Assembly: GCA_036676395.1 (NCBI GenBank) | Contig: JAKFCY010000002.1 | Span: forward strand, 2,649,132 to 2,713,131 | Reading direction: 5' to 3' | Length of the DNA: 64,000 nucleotides | DNA from: Bdellovibrio sp. | Lineage (GTDB): Bacteria; Bdellovibrionota; Bdellovibrionia; Bdellovibrionales; Bdellovibrionaceae | Part shown: positions 58,601-64,000 of the stretch, one piece after another | How positions within the stretch are numbered: position 1 is the stretch's first letter | Layout: every line of letters begins with the position of its first letter | Made by a program: the position numbers and the translations under genes | Notes under the pieces: generated by a model | Databases searched by the model: none | Seen by the model: the letters and a program-made list of their open reading frames with translations, nothing else | What the model was told of the DNA's origin: nothing

Positions 58601-61600
58601 CCAGTGTTAGTTGCATCAGCTACACGAAGAGTTTGTGACGAAACCGAAGTTAAGCGGCCAAATGCATCTACTGTAATGATCGGAATTGTGAATGATGTTC
58701 CGTAAGTCGCAGCCGAAACTCCGGTTGTTGCTAAACCTACAACCGGAGACGAAGTCGTTCCCGTAATTGCGATTTGACCAACTACACCTGATACTGTCGT
58801 AACTTTATCAACAAACGTTTGATACTGAGCATTTGTAATCGCACCTTGCGTAACGCCCGTAGTTGCTGCCATCGGGATATTAAATGCATGCGTACCATTT
58901 GCTGTAACGATGCTAAACGAAGTACCCGCTGAACCTGTTGTGAAAGTTTGTGTTGAAGATGTTGAACCGTTAATCGAAGTCACCGCACTGTAATCAGTTG
59001 CGATCGATTTCCATGCTGAAGCTGTCGTATCGTAGTACTGGAAAGCACCGATATCAGTATTGTAAATTTGAATACCGTTTGAAGTCGTAACACTTCCACG
59101 CTGAGCTGTCGTCATGCGAGGAATTAAAATACCTTTATCAATTGATGAGATTTCAAAAATTGCACCGGCAGTTACCGAAGCCGTACCGATACCCACTGTG
59201 TTTGAAACAACTAATGATGGAGTCGTTAATAAACCAGTCATTGTATCGCCAGCACGATTAACCGGAACATAACCTAAAGCTGAAGTTACATTTGAATTCG
59301 TTAATGAAATCTCGCCAGCACCATTTACTGTGATGTTACTTCCAATTGAAACAACACCCGTGTTCGTCGCATCAGCTACGCGAAGAGTTTGTGATGAAAC
59401 TGAAGTTAAGCGGCCAAATGCATCTACTGTAATAATCGGGATTGTGAACGATGTTCCGTATGTAGCAGCTGTTACGCCGCTGTTTGCTAAACCGATCACC
59501 GGAGCTGATGCCGGACCAGTCACTGTGATTGGAGCTGTCGATGAAACTGCTCCGCCTGGTGCGAAACCTAAAGCTGCCGTTATGTCAGATGATGCTAATT
59601 GTGAACCGCTTGTAACACGGCCTTTACCATCTACAGTTACTTTCGTGTATTGTGTTCCGCTGGTTACGCCAGCGCCTACAGAAATTAACTGTAAGTTACC
59701 AGTGTTTGACATTGTCGCATCGCCATTCATGTAAACAGCCGTTGCAACACCAGAAGCATTACCTACGAACATTGTGCCACTGGCAATTGCCGCGCTCATG
59801 ATCGGAACCCAAGTTGTCTGAACCATACCCGCAGTTGCAGAAGAAATACCTAATGCATAACCTGCAGGTGGAACCACACCGTTATTCGGTAAAATGATGT
59901 CGTAGTTCGGCGTACCGATTGGCGTGAAGATACCTATTGAATTTGTTAAACCATTTTGAATACGTAAGTTACGTTGTACAGTCATATCCTGTACTGTCGT
60001 GATGTTATTTGCGATGAAGTTACCATTAGAATCGCGGCGTACAATTGTACCACTTGAATTTTGATCAGTAGCATTGATTGTATCACTTACACTTTGTGAA
60101 ATTTGCGCAGAAGTTTTTTCGCCCACTGTAGCTACAACAGTTGCTGAAAGTGAACCGGTTACATCACCTGATAAAGAGGCCCCTAAGGCTGTGATCACGT
60201 TACCGCTAGTGATTGAAATTACACCCGCAGTTACAGTGATATTATCACCAACTTGCACAACGCCGTTTTCAGTAGTTGATGCAGAACGAAGAGCTGCTGA
60301 TGTTACGCCAGTTGTACGCCCGAAAGCGTCTACAGTTACAACCGGAACAGTTGCTGAAGAACCGAATGTTCCTGCCGTTGCCCCGCTATTGGCCAAACCG
60401 ATTACTGGAGTTGAAACGCCACCTGTGATCACGATTTGACCCACAACACCTGATACTGCAGTTACTTTATCAACGAATGATTGGAATTCAGTATTTGTAA
60501 TCGCACCCTGAATTACTCCAGCACTTGCTGCCATCGGGAAGTTAAATGTATGTAATCCATTTACAGTTGCAACCGCAAAAGATGTTCCTGCTGAACCTGT
60601 GGCAAAAACTTGTGTTGCAGAAGTTGATCCATTTAATGAAGTGATAGCGCCTGAATTGTTTAAAACAGTTTTCCAGTCACTGTCTGCGCTGTCGTAATAC
60701 TGGATTGTTTTGTTATCCGTATTGTAAATTTGTAGACCATCAGTTGTCGCACCAGAAACGATAGCATTACGTTGCGCTGTCGTCATACGCGGAATCAAGA
60801 TACCTTTTGTAGTCGATGCGATATCTAAAATTGCTGAAGCATTTGCAGCTGCAGTTCCAAGGGCAATTGTGTTCGATACTACTAATGAAGGAGTAGTTAA
60901 TTCACCAGTCATTGTATCGCCGGCAAGATTTACCGGAATAAAACCTAACGCTGAAGTTACATTTGAATTTGTTAATGAAATTTGGCCAGCACCATTTACA
61001 GTGATGTTACTTCCGATTGAAACAACACCCGTGTTTGTTGCATCAGCTACGCGTAAAGATTCTGAAGTTACTGATGTGATACGTCCAAAAACATCTACTG
61101 TGATGATCGGCATTGTTCCAGAAGCCCCGTAAGTCGCCGCGGTTACGCCACTGTTTGCCATACCGATGACAGAATTCGATGCGCCACCTGTTACCGTTAA
61201 CGGTGCTGTAGCCGAAATTACTCCGCTTGGAGTGTAGCCTAAAGCTGAAATCACATCTGCAGAATTTAATTGGGCACCACTTGTTACGCGGCCTTTACCA
61301 TCAACAGTTACTTTCGTGTATTGCGCCCCAGAAGTTACATTTGCACCGACACTAGAAAGAGTCAGTTCACCTGTATTTGATAAAGTGGCATCACCTGAAA
61401 GAAGGACTCCCACCGCAGAACCTGATGCGCTACCCACATAAATATGAGCACTTGATAACATATCTGTTAATACATTAGCCCAACGAGTGGCGATCACAGT
61501 TCCTGTTGAGCCTGAAGCTACCGCTAATACTTGGCCCACTGTTGGTGCAACGGCATTGCTTGGTAGTACGATATCATAACTTGGCGTAGCAATCGGCGTT

Positions 61601-64000
61601 GTGATACCGATGTAATTTGTCATTCCATTTTGTACACGCAAGTTACGTTGTACGGTCATATCTTGCACTGTTGTGATGTTATTCGCAGAAAAATCACCGT
61701 TATTATCACGGCGTACAATTGTTGAACTAGAATTTAAATGAGTTGCCGTGATTGTATCACTTACACTTTGTGAAATCTGTGCTGCAGTTTTTCCACCCAC
61801 AGTTTGTACTATAGTTGCATCTAGTGTTCCTGATACATCGCCACCTAAAGATCCTACGGCTGCGATCACGTTACCACTTGTGACTGAAATTGTTCCGGCA
61901 GATAAAGTAATGTTTGAACCAATTTGTACGATACCTTTTGAACCAGCTGTTGCATCTGCATAAGCTTGTGCAGTTGCTGAAGTAATTCTACCCCAGGCAT
62001 CAACAACAAAATTTGGAATCAACGTATCAGAACCGTAAGAACCGGCAGTTACACCGCTGTTTGCTAAAGTAATTACCGGTTGCGAACTTGTTCCAGTTAA
62101 TACGATTGGCGCTGCTGCTGACACTATACCAACAGGAGTGTAACCTAAACCTGTAACTACATCAGCAAAAGCTAAATCGCTTCCGCTTGTTACACGGCCC
62201 CAAAGATCTACTGATACTTTTGGATATGTTCCTGATGTTACTCCGCTAAACGCTAAACCAATCGTTGGATTTGATGAGCCACCAGTTAAGGTAATTGGTG
62301 AAGTTGATGAAACCGAACTCATTGGTAAATAACCTAACGCGGCTACGATATCTGCATTATCTAACTGTGCACCACTTGTTACACGGCCTTTACCATCAAC
62401 TGTAACTTTCGTGTATTGAGAGCCAGAGACCACGCCTGCGAAATCCAGTAAGCGGGCGTCAGCGATAATACCGGTAGCACTTGCGCTTCCTAAATCAACA
62501 AAGTCTGCAGTTGCAAATGTGCCTAAACCTAAATTTGTACGTGCCGTAGCACTTGAAGCTAAATCATTTAAGTTGTTAGCTCTTCTTAAGAATGTTCCAG
62601 AGACAGCATCATCCATTGGTGTATAACCTAGGCCGGTAGTGATATCTGTGAATGCTAAATTACTTCCGCTTGTTACGCGACCCCAGATATCAACTGAAAC
62701 TTTTGGATATGTTCCTGAAATTACACCTGAAATATCTAAACTGATCATTGGATTAGATACACCGCCCGTGATTGATAACGGAGAAGACACACTGACTGAA
62801 TTCATTGGTGTGTAACCTAAACCTGTTGTGATATCGGCAACGTTTAAATCGCTTCCGCTAGTTACGCGGCCCCAAAGATCTACTGATACTTTCGGATATG
62901 TTCCTGAAGTTACACCTGAATTTGCTAAACTGATGACTGGATTTGAGGCCGTGCCGGTTAAAACTAACGGCGTCGCCGCTGAAACACTAGCTACTGGTGA
63001 ATACCCTAAACCTGTTGTCACATCTGTAAAATCTAAATTACTTCCGCTTGTTACACGACCCCAAAGATCAACAGACACTTTCGGATATGTTCCTGAAGTC
63101 ACACCACTGGAAGCTAAACCGATTATTGGATTTGATGCCCCACCAGTTAATGTAATCGGTGAAGTTGATGAAACCGAACTCATTGGTGCAAAACCCAAAG
63201 CTGTTACGATATCTGCATTATCTAACTGGGCACCGCTTGTTACGCGGCCTTTACCATCTACTGTTAATTTCGTGTATTGAGTTCCCGAAGTTACATTTGA
63301 AAAATCTTGCAATCTTGCATCAGCGATAATTCCTGTAGCCGATGCACTGCCAAGATCAACAGTATCTGCTGTTGCGAATGTTCCTAAACCTAAATTTGTA
63401 CGAGCTGTAGCTGAAGAAGTTAAATCACTTAAATTATTTGCTCTGCGCACGTAAGTACCTGAAGCGGCATCATCAGCCGGTGTATAGCCTAAAGCTGTCA
63501 CTACATCTAAAGCAGCTAATTGACCACCACTGACTACGCGGCCTTTACCATCAACCGTAACTTTCGTATATTCAGTACCCGAAGTTACATTTGCGCCAAC
63601 ATTGACTAATTGCAAACTACCAGAACTAGACATTGTCGCATCGCCGGTAACTTGCATACCGACGGCTGCACCAGAAACACTACCTACGAAAATGTAACCT
63701 GGATTTAACATGTCTGTTAATGTGCTATACCAACGAGTGGCGATCACAGTTCCTGTTGAACCTGAAGCCACCGCTAAAACCTGGCCCACTGTTGGTGGCA
63801 CCGCATTGTTTGGTAAAATAATATCGTAATTAGGTGTTGCGATCGGTGTTGTAATACCGATGTAATTTGCCATGCCGTTTTGTACACGTAAGTTACGTTG
63901 TACAGTCATATCCTGAACTGTCGTGATGTTATTCGCCGTAAAGTCACCGTTGTTATCACGACGTACTATTGTTGAACTAGAATTTAAATGAGTTGCATTG
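55603..64000 (-). CDS. Giant repetitive phage-tail-fibre-like adhesin (5' end beyond the window)
   Basis: Frame is open to the window edge (...NATHLNSSSTIVRRDNNGDF...). Repeated YTKVTVDGKGRVTSG, NNLSDL..ATARTNLGLG and KGILIPRMTTAQR..GLQIYNT motifs; Cys-rich C-terminal domain. Confidence 0.88.
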   Translation of the reverse strand, partial: NATHLNSSSTIVRRDNNGDFTANNITTVQDMTVQRNLRVQNGMANYIGITTPIATPNYDIILPNNAVPPTVGQVLAVASGSTGTVIATRWYSTLTDMLNPGYIFVGSVSGAAVGMQVTGDATMSSSGSLQLVNVGANVTSGTEYTKVTVDGKGRVVSGGQLAALDVVTALGYTPADDAASGTYVRRANNLSDLTSSATARTNLGLGTFATADTVDLGSASATGIIADARLQDFSNVTSGTQYTKLTVDGKGRVTSGAQLDNADIVTALGFAPMSSVSSTSPITLTGGASNPIIGLASSGVTSGTYPKVSVDLWGRVTSGSNLDFTDVTTGLGYSPVASVSAATPLVLTGTASNPVISLANSGVTSGTYPKVSVDLWGRVTSGSDLNVADITTGLGYTPMNSVSVSSPLSITGGVSNPMISLDISGVISGTYPKVSVDIWGRVTSGSNLAFTDITTGLGYTPMDDAVSGTFLRRANNLNDLASSATARTNLGLGTFATADFVDLGSASATGIIADARLLDFAGVVSGSQYTKVTVDGKGRVTSGAQLDNADIVAALGYLPMSSVSSTSPITLTGGSSNPTIGLAFSGVTSGTYPKVSVDLWGRVTSGSDLAFADVVTGLGYTPVGIVSAAAPIVLTGTSSQPVITLANSGVTAGSYGSDTLIPNFVVDAWGRITSATAQAYADATAGSKGIVQIGSNITLSAGTISVTSGNVIAAVGSLGGDVSGTLDATIVQTVGGKTAAQISQSVSDTITATHLNSSSTIVRRDNNGDFSANNITTVQDMTVQRNLRVQNGMTNYIGITTPIATPSYDIVLPSNAVAPTVGQVLAVASGSTGTVIATRWANVLTDMLSSAHIYVGSASGSAVGVLLSGDATLSNTGELTLSSVGANVTSGAQYTKVTVDGKGRVTSGAQLNSADVISALGYTPSGVISATAPLTVTGGASNSVIGMANSGVTAATYGASGTMPIITVDVFGRITSVTSESLRVADATNTGVVSIGSNITVNGAGQISLTNSNVTSALGFIPVNLAGDTMTGELTTPSLVVSNTIALGTAAANASAILDIASTTKGILIPRMTTAQRNAIVSGATTDGLQIYNTDNKTIQYYDSADSDWKTVLNNSGAITSLNGSTSATQVFATGSAGTSFAVATVNGLHTFNFPMAASAGVIQGAITNTEFQSFVDKVTAVSGVVGQIVITGGVSTPVIGLANSGATAGTFGSSATVPVVTVDAFGRTTGVTSAALRSASTTENGVVQVGDNITVTAGVISITSGNVITALGASLSGDVTGSLSATVVATVGEKTSAQISQSVSDTINATDQNSSGTIVRRDSNGNFIANNITTVQDMTVQRNLRIQNGLTNSIGIFTPIGTPNYDIILPNNGVVPPAGYALGISSATAGMVQTTWVPIMSAAIASGTMFVGNASGVATAVYMNGDATMSNTGNLQLISVGAGVTSGTQYTKVTVDGKGRVTSGSQLASSDITAALGFAPGGAVSSTAPITVTGPASAPVIGLANSGVTAATYGTSFTIPIITVDAFGRLTSVSSQTLRVADATNTGVVSIGSNITVNGAGEISLTNSNVTSALGYVPVNRAGDTMTGLLTTPSLVVSNTVGIGTASVTAGAIFEISSIDKGILIPRMTTAQRGSVTTSNGIQIYNTDIGAFQYYDTTASAWKSIATDYSAVTSINGSTSSTQTFTTGSAGTSFSIVTANGTHAFNIPMAATTGVTQGAITNAQYQTFVDKVTTVSGVVGQIAITGTTSSPVVGLATTGVSAATYGTSFTIPIITVDAFGRLTSVSSQTLRVADATNTGVVSIGSNITVNGAGEISLTNSNVTSALGYVPVNRAGDTMTGLLTTPSLVVSNTVGIGTASITAGAIFEISSIDKGILIPRMTTAQRGSVTTSNGIQIYNTDIGAFQYYDTTASAWKSIATDYSAVTSINGSTSSTQTFTTGSAGTSFNVVTANGNHTFNIPMASTVGVAQGAITNTQYQSFVDKVTTVSGVVGQIAITGTTSSPVVGLATTGVAAATYGTSFTIPIITVDAFGRLTSVSSQTLRVADATNTGVVSIGSNITVNGAGQISLTNSNVTSALGFTPVNLAGDTMTGLLTTPSLVVSNTIGLGTAAINASAMLDIVSVTKGILIPRMTTAQRNTVAVDATRDGLQIYNTDNKAVEYYDGGIGIWKTLVSNYSAITSLNGSVSSTQLFATGSAGTSFVVSTANGVHTFNIPMAATTGVTQGAITNTQYQTFVDKVTTVSGVIGQIAITGTTSSPVVGLANSGVTAATYGTSFTIPIITVDAFGRLTSVSSQTLRVADATNIGVVSIGSNITVNGAGQISLTNSNVTSALGFTPVNLTGDTMTGLLTTPSLVVSNTIGLGTTVNNASAMLDIVSTTKGILIPRMTTVQRDTITVDATRDGLQIYNTTNKALEYYDAGIGIWKTLVSNYSAVTSLNGSVSSTQLFATGSAGTSFVVSTANGVHTFNFPMAATTGVTQGAITNTQYQSFVDKVTAVSGVVGQIAITGTTSSPVVGLATTGVTAATYTKVTVDIYGRITSGTSIVASDIPTMAGDVTGNIATNTVATVGGKTAVQISQSVSDTIAATSANTASTIVKRDGSGGFIAGAISQLTGVFRGSISGEITVRAPATTATYNLTLPASSGALGMLLQTDGAGTTSWIDPSAIGANCPAGMTLVTGSSATGHKTFCIDTNANAAANLLDYTQEDVATSAITACELQQKHLCSLSEIVRAKAQDANIGGLATDLMTNQYFTKIAGGGLQGPATEMSVVCWTSGGSGVRILKGINASPNGQYVCCR
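56420..59480 (-). repeat. Four tandem 756-765-bp intragenic repeat units (252-255 aa); boundaries approximate
   Basis: IPRM Met codons at 59113, 58357, 57601 and 56836 (spacings 756, 756, 765); a fifth copy at 60784. Confidence 0.9.
62620..63190 (-). repeat. Tandem 189-bp (63-aa) intragenic repeats; boundaries approximate
   Basis: GGATATGTTCCTGA (SGTYP) at 63083, 62894 and 62705 (period 189), plus a copy at 62222. Confidence 0.85.

Noticed and set aside
58427..59196. ACCGATACCC partial motif matches in the fibre gene
   Set aside because: They encode VGIGT in duplicated protein units and are not independent repeat copies.
295..63280. Numerous short antisense or alternative-frame ORFs in the track
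   Set aside because: They lie within well-supported genes and show no recognisable motifs; recurrent ones in the fibre gene mirror its repeats.
52846..64000. Intact prophage
   Set aside because: No capsid, terminase, portal, integrase or lysis genes, and no att-like repeats seen in the window.

Overview
AT-rich chromosomal window (roughly 40% GC by eye). Gene content points to a Bdellovibrionaceae-like predatory bacterium; this is inferred, not shown. Left to right: (1) a flagellar basal-body operon (TPR gene, degenerate sigma54-activator-like gene, flgB, flgC, fliE, fliF, start of fliG) with a sigma54-type promoter; (2) a lipoprotein-mlaEFD operon; (3) a RAYT-like HUH/Y1 nuclease gene whose start and stop codons both lie inside copies of a 14-bp motif (GTGACCGATACCCC) that occurs six times between 9.7 and 18 kb; (4) secreted hydrolase-type lipoproteins and housekeeping genes (dciA-like, trmFO, tdk, mltF-like, glmUS); (5) a degenerate histidine kinase, an NtrC-family activator and a class III cyclase; (6) an unannotated 32-aa ORF next to a DnaA-box cluster; (7) pabA and a pabB-pabC fusion, tsaC/sua5, tesA-ybbAP, an RRM protein, slyD, HNH-GNAT-deaminase-ampG; (8) a giant (>2,790 aa, 5' end outside the window) repetitive phage-tail-fibre-like gene followed by six closely spaced or overlapping small genes, several resembling phage tail-fibre tip and assembly proteins. 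No rRNA, tRNA, CRISPR array, integrase or capsid genes were seen. The two best candidates for undescribed systems are the self-delimited HUH nuclease/repeat system and the apparently domesticated tail-fibre/tip operon. All family calls come from motif recognition by eye, without database searches.
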